Shown here in pieces: positions 51,690 through 64,000 of a DNA stretch of 64,000 nt. The position numbers and the translations under genes were made by a program. Origin of the DNA: Octopus vulgaris (lineage: Eukaryota); NCBI GenBank assembly GCA_951406725.2, contig OX597827.1, positions 6,820,001 to 6,884,000 on the forward strand, given 5' to 3'. Within the stretch, counting starts at the first letter, position 1, and the number at the start of each line of letters is the position of its first letter. The notes below the pieces were generated by a model. The model was not told the origin of the DNA, made no database searches, and saw nothing but the letters and a program-made list of their open reading frames with translations.

Positions 51690-51922
51690 TTAATATAAGA
51701 TAAAGAGTAAAACCACTACGATCGTTTCATGGCCATAAACCAATTCGAATAACAATGTAAATTCAATTAATAATTCGAATTATGGTTATAGTCAATCTTC
51801 AGGTTAATATAAGATAAAGAGTAAAACCACTACGATCATTTCATGCCCATAAACCAATTCGAATAACAATAATTTAAATTCAATTAATAATTCGAATTAT
51901 GGTTATAGCCAATCTTCAGGTT
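51690..51922 (-). ncRNA. Tandem dimer (~114-117 bp units) of hammerhead-like motifs with long helix II
   Basis: CUGAAGA at 51913-51919 and 51796-51802; GAAAUGAUCGUA at 51831-51842 and GAAACGAUCGUA at 51717-51728; the sequence between the core halves is self-complementary. Confidence 0.7.
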
Positions 51923-52137
51923 AATTATAATATTTAAATAAATAATCAGAAATATTTAAACAATATTTTTTAAGAAATAAATAAAATAATAATTTTTCTT
52001 ATAAAAAAACTCTATTATCAAACTAGAAACTTAACGATTATGATTATGTCAATCAATCGATTATAATGTTAGATATTAATTTTTAAGTATTAATTTTAAG
52101 GTAAGAAACCCACAAATAATCTAATATCAGTTATAGT

Positions 52138-52423
52138 CATCATCATCATCGTTTAACGTCCATTCTCCATGCTAGCATGGGTTGGACGGTTCGACCGGGG
52201 ATCTGGGAAGCCAGAAAGCTGCACCAGGCTCCGGTCTTATCTGGCAATGTTTCTACAGCTGGATGCCCTTCCTAACGCCAACCACTCCGTGAGTGTAGTG
52301 GGTGCTTTTTACGTGCCACCTGCACTGGTGCCAGGTGAGGCTGGCATCGGCCATGGTCGGATTGGTGCTTTTTACGTGCCACCGACACGGAAGCCAGTCG
52401 AGGCGGCGCTGGCATTGGCCACC
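52138..52423 (-). mobile_element. (GAT)n-tailed RTE-type 3' end
   Basis: (CAT)n start, conserved 3' block, two hairpin units. Confidence 0.85.
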
Positions 52424-52545
52424 TAATTACATACAGATTTTACAAAAAAATTTTTTTTAAATTGAATATATATATATTTATACTATAAAATTAGATTTAA
52501 TCCTAAATCTAATTTTTCCCTGTAAGTTTGGATTTACTCCATAAT

Positions 52546-52579
<34 letters not shown>

Positions 52580-52744
52580 TACATATATATATATACGCAC
52601 ATATATATATATATACGCACATATATATATATATATACACACATATATATATATATATACACATATATATATATACACACATACATATATATATACACAC
52701 ACATACATATATATATATACACACACACACATATATATGTATAT

Positions 52745-52803
<59 letters not shown>

Positions 52804-52854
52804 TATATATATATGTTCTATTTTGAGTTGTTCATTTTATTTATCATTTATTAT

Positions 52855-53165
52855 TTTTGCCAAATAAACACATGCACTATATATATATTTTTTCTTCACT
52901 CATTTATTATTGTTATTTTACTATTTTAACGCTTGTCCATTATCCGGAAATCTTTCATCACACATCTGTGACCTCTTCAGAACTAAGATGTGTATTCTTA
53001 TGTGCACATGCGTTTGTGTCCTTGTTTGTGTGTGAGTGTGTGTTTGTGTGTGTCTGTAAGTCTATGTGCATGCTTGTGTGTGTGTCATAGTTTTTAGCAG
53101 CAGTGTGGCCTTCCTCTCAGCCCCATTGTGCCACTGCTGTCTAAGACCGAAGAAAAAATAGATAA
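52855..53165 (-). mobile_element. Hammerhead-bearing repeat family H, copy 1
   Basis: CUGAAGA-G-GUCACA-GAUG-UGUGAU-GAAA-GA-UUUC at 52942-52984; homologous to the 53480 and 57175 copies. Confidence 0.75.
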
Positions 53166-53479
53166 ATAAACAAATATATAAATAAATATATCTGTCACAT
53201 ACCTGTGATAAATGTAAGACAGGAATAGATATTTTAAATAAATAAAACTATGTAAAGGTGCATGGATACACATGAAGCAAACCCATGTGCACACAAACAC
53301 ACATACATGAAACCTCATGGATGGCCATATGATGTCAACAACACAGTTAACACGGACAGCAGCAGTGCCAACGAGGGCAATAACAACAACAACAACTACC
53401 CCGATCGCAACACCATGGATGAACATACATATAGAGAGGAATACAAGAACTGTACCTTTCTTTTTTCCTTTTCTCTTCT

Positions 53480-53805
53480 TGGGTTTTAGAACAGCAGCAG
53501 CACGATGTGGCGAGAGGTTGGGGCTGAAAAAAACTATGACACACACACACAAACAAGGACACAAATGCATGTGCACGTAAGAATACACATCTTAGAAGAA
53601 CAGAATGGAGTAAGTGGAGCAAGAACACACTCACACGGAAATGAAAAGTGTCACTGAAGAGGTCACAGATGTGTGACGAAAATATTTCCAGCCAATGGAT
53701 AGGCTTTAAAATAGTAAAATAACAGTAATAAACAAGTGAAGAAATATATATATATATATATATAGATAGATAGATAGTGTGTGTGTGTGTGTTTATTTAG
53801 CAAAA
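53480..53805 (+). mobile_element. Hammerhead-bearing repeat family H, copy 2 (inverted relative to copy 1)
   Basis: CUGAAGA-G-GUCACA-GAUG-UGUGAC-GAAA-AUAU-UUC at 53654-53688; has ~55 extra nt upstream of the core. Confidence 0.75.
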
Positions 53806-53889
53806 AAAGAAAAAAAAATGACCATCCTGAAATGCAATAATATCTGTTTCAACACATGATTTCACATCAGGAATCTTGCAAAACGAATT

Positions 53890-54551
53890 GATATATGTAT
53901 GTGTGTGCATATGTATTTATGTATGTATATATACATATATATTTATCTATGTATATATACATATATATTTATGTATGTATATATACATATATTTATGTAT
54001 GTATATATACATATATATTTATGTATGTATATATACATATATATTTATGTATGTATATATATATATATTATTATGTATGTATGTATGTGTATATATATAT
54101 ATTATTATGTATGTATGTATGTATATATATATATTTTTATGTATGTATGTATATATATATATTTATGTATGTATGTATATATATATATTTATGTATGTAT
54201 GTATATATATATATTTATGTATGTATGTATGTATATATATATATGTATGTATGTATGTATATATATATATATTTATGTATGTATGTATGTATATATATAT
54301 ATTTATGTATGTATGTATGTATATATATATATATATTTATGTATGTATATATATATATTTATGTATGTATGTATGTATATATATATATTTATGTATGTAT
54401 GTATGTATATATATATATATATTTATGTATGTATATATATATATATATTTATGTATGTATGTATGTATATATTATGTATGTATATATATATATATATTTA
54501 TGTATGTATGTATGTATATATTATGTATATATATATATATATATTTATGTA

Positions 54552-54596
<45 letters not shown>

Positions 54597-54599
54597 GTA

Positions 54600-54642
<43 letters not shown>

Positions 54643-54764
54643 TTATGTATGTATATGTGTGTGTGTGTGTGTGTATATATATATGTATTGTGTGTATATA
54701 TTTATGTATGTATATATGTGTGTGTATGTATATGTGTGTATATATATGTATATATATTTATGTA

Positions 54765-54807
<43 letters not shown>

Positions 54808-54878
54808 ATGTATATGTGTGTGTGTGTGTGTATATTTATGTATGTATATGTGTGTATATATATATATATATTTATGTA

Positions 54879-54925
<47 letters not shown>

Positions 54926-54990
54926 TTACGTATGTATATGTGTGTGTATATATATATGTATATATATATATATATATTTATGTATGTATA

Positions 54991-55023
<33 letters not shown>

Positions 55024-55060
55024 TTATGTATGCATATGTGTATATATATATATATATTGT
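53890..55060. repeat. 1.2 kb compound TA/TATG/TG microsatellite with TTTATG punctuation
   Basis: Direct inspection; explains the three overlapping ~400 aa ORFs. Confidence 0.95.
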
Positions 55061-55074
55061 TATGTGAATGTACA

Positions 55075-55235
55075 AATATGATGGAGTACAAATAAGCTGA
55101 GAAAAAAATCTTGGAGATAATAGGAATCATTTGTAGTGTTCCAGAGAAAAGAAGACTCGGCTACTATAGACATGTAATGCATATAGAGGATGACAGTTGG
55201 ATAATGAAATGACAAGCAATCCGAGTGGAAAGAAC
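55075..55235 (+). pseudogene. Degenerate RTE LINE C-terminal fragment
   Basis: [31 protein letters not shown] resembles the RTE RRLRWYGHVMRM block; a weaker minus-strand fragment lies near 38680-38860. Confidence 0.6.
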
Positions 55236-56077
55236 CCAAAATCACATTGCTTCAAAGCAAACTTCTTAACCACGCAACCATACCTGTGTCTATAATTTTT
55301 TTAATATATATATTTAGCTATTTCTTTATAGTTTTCTTTCATCTTATCCAGTTTTTATTATGTTTGTTTTATTGTTTTTGCTGGGCTTTTTGGTGATGTT
55401 ACTTTACACGTAAACATCTCTAGGTAAAATTTTGAACAAACAGTTATTATTTTTTTCCTTCTATTTAAGACAAATAACATTTTTTTTTTATTTCATCTAA
55501 AATGTGGAAGATTTCATCAATGTTAGCTGTTTCACATACAATAATAAAACAACTAATTAATTCTATATTAATTTTAACTTTCATCAAGCTTATGAAAATA
55601 GTTATTTGCTAATGGGCAACAATACCAGCTTCATTATTGATGTTGATTTAAAATAGTAGGGGGGGGGGGGAAACAGCAAAATTCTTGCATGAAAGTCTTG
55701 TATTTCTTTTTAATTCTTCATGATGTTTACAAAACATTCTAACTATTTTATCAGTTTTCTTGTTGTTAGTTATGTTCTCCGTAAGCATATATAACATAAA
55801 ATGAGCAGGTCAACTAACCTTGTTTTCAATGTTAATCCTTTGTCTCAAAAGGCAATTAAAAATTATTAAGAAAAGCTAAACAATTACTATAAAATAAAAT
55901 GTTGTAAAATGAAGCTGTTTTCAAAATAGATAACATAACATTAAAGTATTTTTATTTAATTTTTTTTAATTAATTTCAAAAACCAAAACCCAGCAAAGAG
56001 AAACTAAATTCTTAAGGAGCAGAGTCTGCAGTTTGGTTTCTAATCCTGGTCGTAGCTAATAAATTTCATTTAGATGT

Positions 56078-56624
56078 CAAAATCAAAATCAAAATGAAAT
56101 TCGATGACGGGCACGAGCACCATACGAGCGTGATCGTTGGCAGAGCAGCTAACCGGCTTCCATGCCAGTGGCACATAAAAGGCACCATTCAAGCGTGATC
56201 GTTACCAGCGTCGCCTTACTGGCACTCGAGCCCCATGCTAGTGGGGTGCTAAGAGCACCATCCAAGCATGATTGTTGCCAGAACGGCTAACTGTCTTCCG
56301 TGCCGGTGGCATGCAAGAGGCACCATTCGAGCGGGTTCGTTACCAGCATCGCCTTACTGGCACCTGTGCCGTTGGCATGTGTAAAAAGATTTGAGTGAGG
56401 TCGTTGCCAGTACCACCTGACTGGCTCCCGTGCCGGTGACATGTAAAACCACCCACTACACTCTCGGAGTGGTTTGCGTTAAGAAGGGCATCCAGCTGTA
56501 GAAACTCTGCCAGATCAAGACTGGAGCCTGGTGCAGCCATCTGGTTTGCCAGCCCTCAGTCAAACTGTCCGACCCATGCTAGCATCGAAAGTAGACGTTA
56601 AACGTTGATGATGATGATGATGAT
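56078..56624 (+). mobile_element. (GAT)n-tailed RTE-type 3' end, variant subfamily with about 6 internal units
   Basis: AAAATC repeats, repeated GTGCC(A/G)GTGGCAC and GAGCGTGATCGTT units, conserved tail. Confidence 0.85.
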
Positions 56625-57174
56625 GTTTACTGTACTTAGAATTCATGTTGATATTGTTAATGTCACTGTGCAGAAGTTTGAGTGTCTTCTACCAATCTCA
56701 AATCAATCCAAGCCTTGAGAGGGGGATTTGGTTGATAGAGCTAAACATAATCCCCACCTTGTTCAACTCCTCTAACTCACAATATCTCCTTTCTTCTATT
56801 ATCTTTATGATCACCTGGTGTAATTTAGTTGTTATTTCTAGCAAATGGTACAACCATTTAGAGGTACATAATTTACACCAGTGATTTTTTTAACATGTGA
56901 AATTTTTAAGTTCACAAATAGATAGTAGAAGGATTAATCAAGCAAGGTAAATTTACTTGTAAATGTACAGAATAATATCCATGTGTATTTAGTCTCACAG
57001 TGAAACTAAACCACATGAGGGCTTTTCAGCAACTTCGGTTGAAGATTACAGTGATCAGTTTTATTGCTATTCAACAATTCAACTGGCCTCCTTACCACTC
57101 CTAACTTATTAACATGTAAACAAGTTATGTACTTAGACACAGATCATTTAAATAATGGTACAAGGGTAATTTTA

Positions 57175-57455
57175 TTTATTATTTATGTCAAATAAACACA
57201 TGCACTATATAAATATTTTTTTCTTCACTCATTTATTATTGTTATTTTACTATTTTAATGCTTGTCCATTGTCCAGAAATCTTTCGTCACACATCTGTGA
57301 CCTCTTCAGCACTAAGATGTGTATTCTTATGTGTGCACGCATTTATGTCCTTGTTTGTGTGTGTCATAGGTTTTAGCTGCAATGTGGCCTTTCTCTCAGT
57401 CCCAACTTCTCACCCCATTGTGCCGCTGCTGTCCTAGAGTGTGGGAAAGAGAGAT
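57175..57455 (-). mobile_element. Hammerhead-bearing repeat family H, copy 3
   Basis: CUGAAGA-G-GUCACA-GAUG-UGUGAC-GAAA-GA-UUUC at 57271-57313. Confidence 0.75.
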
Positions 57456-57614
57456 AAGTAGATTCCCAATGAAAATGGTCCATTTGACTTTTATCTCATG
57501 CTACTGAAATTTGACAATGAGACAACATATAGATATCATGCCATACCATCCATACAAATTGATACACACACATACGTACACACTTTCTCTCTCATACTCA
57601 CATACATACACACA

Positions 57615-57851
57615 CTGCGACGATTTCATCTCAATCGAAGGAGAGGGGCTTTCTCCGTCTGGGTTGCGGATCCATGGAATAAGCTGCCAGACGAGATGGT
57701 GAAGATGCCGACAACCGCTCGGTTCAAAGTCTCCCTTGACCACAAGTGGCCTGAACTTTTTACATGAACACCACCCTATACATAACTCCATGTCCCCCTA
57801 CATGGCCTTGCTTTTTTGCTTTTTGAGCCAAATAATTAACTAACTAACTAA
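57615..57851 (+). mobile_element. CR1-like LINE 3' end
   Basis: RRGAFSVWVADPWNKLPDEMVKMPTTARFKVSLD-type CR1 C-terminus, short UTR, (CTAA)n tail. Confidence 0.85.
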
Positions 57852-58069
57852 CACACACACATACACATATTGGAAATGTATTTACCTGGCATCTGACTTA
57901 ATCTGAGACTGTGTATTGAAATTAAAGCAATTACAGCATGGAAGATGCAGATTAGCCATTCGTGTGTGCTTTTTAATGGCTAATATTTGCCTTTCATGTT
58001 TTATTGTAAAAATATATCCATAAATAACCAGCATTGTCATATATGTGTCATTCTTCTAGACATTACAGT

Positions 58070-58377
58070 TATTGTTTGTTCTTTCTCGAGCCATGCCTGG
58101 CTCATAAGGGCTGGTTTCCCAGTTTCCTTGGCGTATAGGTTCCCCACCCGGACGGGACGCCGGTCCGTCGCAGGGGAGCTGCAAGATGCAGGAGGAAAGA
58201 GTGAGAGAAAGTTGTGGCAAAAGAGTCAGCAGAAGTGTTGCCATTACCTTCTGCCAGATCCGCATGGAGCTTAGGTGTTTCACTCATAAACACACACATC
58301 GCCCGGTCTGAGGTTCGAACCTGCAATCCCTCGACCGCAAGTCCGCTGTTCTAACCACTAGGCCATGTGCCTCCACA
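58070..58377 (-). mobile_element. tRNA-derived SINE family B, tail type 3
   Basis: Head and body as in the 17478 copy; tail shared with 61103-61383. Confidence 0.85.
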
Positions 58378-58666
58378 TTACAGTTATTATAAGAGAGCTA
58401 ATCATTTCTTCATAATATTTGGTGGAAAGGCTATGAACCTTGTACTTTTATAAAAATACAGTTCCTTTTATAATTTTTTATCTTTTTAATTTTTTTTTAT
58501 TGGTTTCAGTCATTGAGTTTTTAGTTAATCATCATATTGATTAATGACTCCAGTACTTATGTCAGCATGAGTGTTTTGGACAGACCTGGAGTAACTGGAA
58601 GCAAACAGTGGTGAAAGGATTTTGACAAACCAGTTGATTAGCTGATTGAATGATTAGTTACATAAT

Positions 58667-59062
58667 AGGCGCAAGAGTGGCTGTGTGACAAGTAGCTTGT
58701 TTACCAACCACATGGTTCCAGGTTCAGTCCCACTGCATGGCACCTTGGGCAAGTGTCTTCTACTATAGCCTCGGGCCGACCAAAGCCTTGTGAGTGGATT
58801 TGGTAGACGGAAACTGAAAGAAGCCTGTCGTATATATATGTATATATATATATGTGTGCGTGTATGTTTGTGTTTGTCTCCCTAGCATTGCTTGACAACT
58901 GATGCTGGTGTGTTTATGTCCCCGTCACTTAGCGGTTTGGCAAAAGAGACTGATAGAATAAGTACTGGGCTTACAATGAATAAGTCCCGGGGTCAAGTTG
59001 CTTGATTAAAGGCGGTGCTCCAGCATGGCCGCAGTCAAATGACTGAAACAAGTAAAAGAGTA
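58667..59062 (+). mobile_element. SINE family A, full length
   Basis: Matches consensus; TAATAGG at both junctions (possible TSD). Confidence 0.92.
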
Positions 59063-59356
59063 ATAGGTTAATTTACAAACCAATCAACTAAAAAGGAAAG
59101 GACATACTGTACATTATGGTTTTAAATATACAAACCTATGGGGCCATCATGGCTGGAACCCTTAGTGAATACATGTTATTATATCTGAACTGTCCTGGGG
59201 CTTAACAAGCAACAACAAATATCTTCTATAAGGTATAAGGAAGAGGAGTGCTAACTACTGCTTATAGAGAGGGCTGTTTTTAATTGTCACCCTGAGACAA
59301 ATAAGGAGGAGGAGGAAGGGTTGACACAGACCTTTCAGGTTTTGTCAAATATTCAT

Positions 59357-59752
59357 TTGTGTCTGGCAACCGTGTCGGTGGCATGTAAAAGCACCATCCA
59401 TTCGCATCCGTTGCCAGCCTCAGCTGGCCCCCGTGCCGGTGACACGTAAAAGCACCGTCCGTTCGTGGCCGGTTGCCAGCTCTGTCTGGCCCCGTGTCGG
59501 TGGCACGTAAAAGCACCATCCGTTCGTGGCCGTTCGCCAGCTCTGTCTGGCACCTGTGCAGGTGGCACGTAAAAAACACCCACTACACTCGCGGAGTGGT
59601 TGGCGTTAGGAAGGGCATCCAGCCGTAGAAATACTGCCAGATCTGACTGGGCCTGACGAAGCCTTCCAGCTTCACAGACCCCAGTTGACCCGTCCAACCC
59701 ATGCTAGCATGGAAAACGGACGTTAAACGATGATGATGATGATGATGATGAT
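59357..59752 (+). mobile_element. (GAT)n-tailed RTE-type 3' end
   Basis: Four hairpin units and conserved tail. Confidence 0.85.
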
Positions 59753-59998
59753 TCCACCAGGATTGATCTTTGGAACCAAAAACTGAGACAGGCAGGGAAA
59801 GAGAGTTCTAAGGGTGAAGATACTAATATGAAATAGTAATGATTTCAAATATTGGCACAAAGCCAGCAATTTCAGGGATGGGTAAGTCAATTAGATCGAT
59901 CCCAGTGCTCAACTGGTAATTATTTTATCATCCTCAAGAGGATGAAGGGCAAAGTCAACCTCAGTAGAATTTGAACTCAGAACATAAAGATAGAACAT

Positions 59999-60390
59999 AG
60001 GCGCAGGAGTGGCTGTGTGGTAAGTAGCTTGCTTACCAACCACATAGTTCCGGGTTCAGTCCCACTGCGTGGCATCTTGGGCAAGTGTCTTCTGCTATAG
60101 CCTCGGGCCAACCAAAGCCTTGTGAGTGGATTTGGTAGACGGAAACTGAAAGAAGCCTGTCGTATATATGTATATATATATATATATGTATGTGTGTGTA
60201 TATGTTTGTCCCCCCAACATCGCTTGACGACCAATGCTGGTGTGTTTACGTCCCTGTCGCTTAACGGTTCGGGAAAAGAGACCGATAGAATAAGCACTGG
60301 GCTTACAAAGAATAAGTCCCGGGGTCGATTTTCTCGACTAAAGGCGGTGCTCCAGCATGGCCGCAGACTGAAACAAGTAAAAAGAGAAGA
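59999..60390 (+). mobile_element. SINE family A nested inside a family D SINE
   Basis: Family D halves at 59841-59987 and 60400-60450 are collinear on the minus strand. Confidence 0.85.
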
Positions 60391-61102
60391 AAAAAAATAA
60401 ACGAAATGCCACTAAGCATTTTCTCCAGTGTGCCAACAATTCTGTCGACTGATCACTTTGAGTACTGTAGCAACATAAATGAAGTTTCTTGCTCAAGAAT
60501 ACAATGTGCCAGCCAGTGTGGGAATTGAACCCATGATCTAGCAATTGTGGGTGCAACAGTCTAACTGCTAGACCACAATCGCATTCACACTGATATGCAA
60601 TCATCATCATCATTTAACGTCTGCTTTCCATGCTAGCATGGGTTGGACGATTTGACTGAGGTCTGGCGAACCAGACTCCAATCTGATCTGGCAGAGCAAA
60701 GTGTTAGAATGGTATCTGACAGTTGAGATGCAGTAGAAATCCCACAACCATACACACAGAGATGCACGTACACACATACACATATATACATAAATATATA
60801 CATCCGTTCTTTTAAAAACAGGTAAGATTTAGCAACAGGAAAGGTAACTAGCTGCAAAGCAAAGCCTCACTTATATATTTGTCTAATACTTGCTGGGTTG
60901 GAAAAACGACCATAAACTGAAAACACAAACAAACACTCACACACACTTATACACACATACATGCATGCACATATACCAAAAGGAATCGAATGCGCCGTCC
61001 AAGTCTTGGGCTCATGTGGCTGGTTTCCTGGATTCTGTGACATATATATTCCTCATAGCCTTTCCACCAAATATTATGAAGAAATGATTAGCTCTCTTGT
61101 AA

Positions 61103-61383
61103 TGTGGAAGCACATGGCCTAGTGGTTAGAGAAGCGGTCGAGGGATCGCAGGTTCGAACCTCAGACCAGGCGATGTGTGTTTATGAGTGAAACACCTAAG
61201 CTCCATGTGGCGCAGACAGAAGGTAATGGCAAACTTCTGCTGATTCATTTGCCACAACTTTCTCTCACTCTTTCCTCGTGCATCTTGCAGCTCACCAGCG
61301 TCCCATCCGGGTGGGGGAATCTATACGCCAAGGAAACTGGGAAACTGGCCCTTATGAGCCAGGCATGGCTTGAGAAGGAACAA
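61103..61383 (+). mobile_element. tRNA-derived SINE family B, tail type 3
   Basis: Homologous to 58070-58377. Confidence 0.85.
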
Positions 61384-62367
61384 GGTCCATCGCAGGATTA
61401 CTCAGTTTTACCAGCTGAGTGGACCAGAACAACATGAAATGAAGTGTTTTGCTCAAGAACTCAATGCATTGCCTGATTCGGGAATCAAAACCACAATCTT
61501 ACAATCATAAGAGAAACACCCTAACCACTAAGCCGCAAGCCTCTACACACACACACACATGTGTATGTATTTATGTGTGCTTGCATGTATGATGATCTTC
61601 TACATAGTTTTCAGCTACCAAATTCATTCACATGGCTTTGATATTGCCTGCCCTGAGGCTATAGTAGAAGACACTTGACATTTGCCCAAAGTGCCATACT
61701 GTGGAATTGAAATCAGAGCCACATTGCTGCAAAGGGAGCTTTTTAACGACATTGTAATGCCTGCACCTTTCTAAACTATTCTTTAAAAAATCCGCATGAA
61801 AAATCATGCTGTGAGAAATTACCATTGACTTGTAATGAAACAAATGCCAAAATTCCACCTTGAAAAGAATCGTTGATTGACACAGTGTGACTGGAATGTT
61901 ACGACTGTTGTATAAACTGAACTGACCTGAGCATTAGGCTCGTTAGTAAATTAAGTTTATTGTTAAAACAGTGTATATGATGTCTAAAATTTACAAGAAG
62001 CAGAAGTAAAGAATTTGTAACAAGCCATCATAGATTCTTTCACCAGCAATTAGAAGTTTGTACTATTTCACTGCTTATATTGATTTTTAGGGTTTAAATG
62101 TCAAATCAGACATGACATTAATTCCTATTTAATGTGTTTTTGTTATTTTTTTTTTCTCTCTCCAAGAACATGTGTGCTAAATGCTCTACCCACCTCCTGC
62201 CTGCCTTCTTTGCAAATTGCTGTTTGTAATTATAGGACAGCATTCTCACCAACAATAAATTCACCTGATATAAAAATCAATAAAAACAACAATATAAATA
62301 AATATATTTGACAATCCTTCAAGCAAAACTAAAAAAAAATATTTTTTTCCTTTCATTATTTTGATAT

Positions 62368-62418
<51 letters not shown>

Positions 62419-63499
62419 CATGATTTTTTTGTGCTTAAATTTTATTTTTATTTTAATATTCAAACCAGAAATGTTTGCTACATTTTGTATTCCTAACTTT
62501 CCTGTACTTTCCAAAATAATGCTCCTCCCTGTACACTGCCATGTATATATATATATATATTCATATATATATATATGTTTGTATATGTGTACATATTCAT
62601 ATATATATATGTTTATGTGTGTATGTGTATATATTTATATATGCTACGCATGTATACATACACAGATATCAATATATGTTTACACCTATCTATCATATAT
62701 CTTTATCTATATCAAGCTATCTATCTACCTGTCTATCTATCTAACTATACACACACACACACATTTACACATACACACTCATGCACATGCAGACACACAC
62801 ACACATAATTTGCACAACAAGGCACTCTATTAAGGGATTTAAAAAGTCCCCTAAGCATTTTTATTTCCATTACAAAAGAAAAGGGAGAAAAAATACTTCA
62901 AAATTAAAAAGTTCCTAATTGGAAAATTTCTCAACTACCTTTTCATCATTTGGGAATTTCAATTCCCAATTCTAAATATGATTTTCTGATTCCCTGTTGG
63001 AAGACACGATTGACCAATCATCTGTAAATGGCATTTTATGATTTTATACATAAATATTTGTAATAATTGCAGTATCAACCAAAAGCTTTTCATTTCATTT
63101 CCTTTTTGGTTTTCCTTTTTTGGTTTTTGTTTGTTATTATTGTTGCATATTTCATTGTTACTTATTTCGAGCTTTCAAGAATATTTCCAATCTACAAAAC
63201 AACTGTTTCTAATTTAAGCACAAAACCAACATTTTCAATGGAGGTGGCATAAATAACCAACAATAACTAGGATCAATGACATTCATACTAGTACTTGACT
63301 AGTATTTTATTTTATTGACTCCATCAATGTTGACCTCGGCCAAATACAATAACAACTATTATGAAAACAGGATTTTTAAAACCAAGACAAGTTTCAATAA
63401 AAGTGTTAGCAAATGATAAATACAGCAATAAAAGGGTGTGGAAAGAGTTGTTCCCACCAAGTGCAATTATGTGCTTTTTGTCTGATATATGTTTTATTG

Positions 63500-63574
<75 letters not shown>

Positions 63575-63699
63575 CTACATATGTATGACTAGCCATGTTT
63601 ACGTGTTTACTTTTAATTTTATATAAGTAGCAGCATTATAACACAGTAATTTCCCTTTATATAACGGTATTTTTTCATAGCGTTTTTTCAGATGGCCAC

Positions 63700-63865
63700 A
63701 TAACTGAAGAGATGGTGTTGTGGATTTCCACTTCGGCATCTGAAACTCAGAGGTTTATCTTGACTATTGAGTAATTGTAACATATTATTTTATAGATAAA
63801 TTTCCTCTATTTACATAATATTGAGGTCTCTTTCTTTCTTTTGTTATCTTACCGTTTTTACCAAT
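63700..63865 (+). mobile_element. pLTR-like segment with degenerate hammerhead motif (63700-63758), ending at (TA)n
   Basis: AUAA-CUGAAGA-GAUGGUG-UU-GUGGAUUUCCAC-UU-CGGCAUC-U-GAAAC-UCAGAG-GUUUAU. Confidence 0.55.
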
Positions 63866-63873
63866 ATATATAT

Positions 63874-63924
<51 letters not shown>

Positions 63925-64000
63925 ATAATATATATATATATAATAATAATAGGAAGTATAACTCCAAACTTACAGGGAAAAATTCAATTTAGTATTAAAT

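Noticed and set aside
53876-55095. Three overlapping 390-401 aa ORFs, and similar YI/VC/HT-rich ORFs at 8.3-9.5, 13, 32, 37, 45 and 52.5 kb
   Set aside because: Translations of TA/TG microsatellites, which lack stop codons; open in several frames and on both strands

Overview
Eukaryotic, very AT-rich, repeat-saturated non-coding DNA. The tRNA-derived SINE families, the (GAT)n-tailed RTE 3' ends and the huge (TA)/(TG)/(TATG) microsatellites look like an octopod (Octopus) genome; this is my recognition, not a database result. I find no intact protein-coding gene. Nearly all long ORFs in the track are microsatellite or SINE artefacts. The window holds about 20 copies or fragments of one ~400 bp SINE, three further SINE families, fragments of RTE and CR1 LINEs, Tc1/mariner, hAT, piggyBac-type and Helitron remnants, and a Penelope-like GIY-YIG endonuclease fragment. 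The main hidden signal is RNA structure. About a dozen hammerhead-ribozyme-like motifs (CUGANGA / helix II / GAAA / short palindromic helix III), from several unrelated short repeat families, are scattered through the window. Many end at (TA)n tracts. One forms a tandem dimer with an unusually long helix II (51.7-51.9 kb), one forms a divergent pair (52.9-53.8 kb), and two lie at the apex of fold-back palindromes (3.9 kb, 12.4 kb). Most cores carry substitutions, so activity is untested. Also notable: a ~50 bp-periodic cluster of RFX X-box-like motifs (10.3-10.7 kb), a young BovB-like RTE insertion with a 13 bp TSD inside a hAT remnant, and several local inverted duplications. Coordinates were read by eye; diverged repeat ends are approximate.
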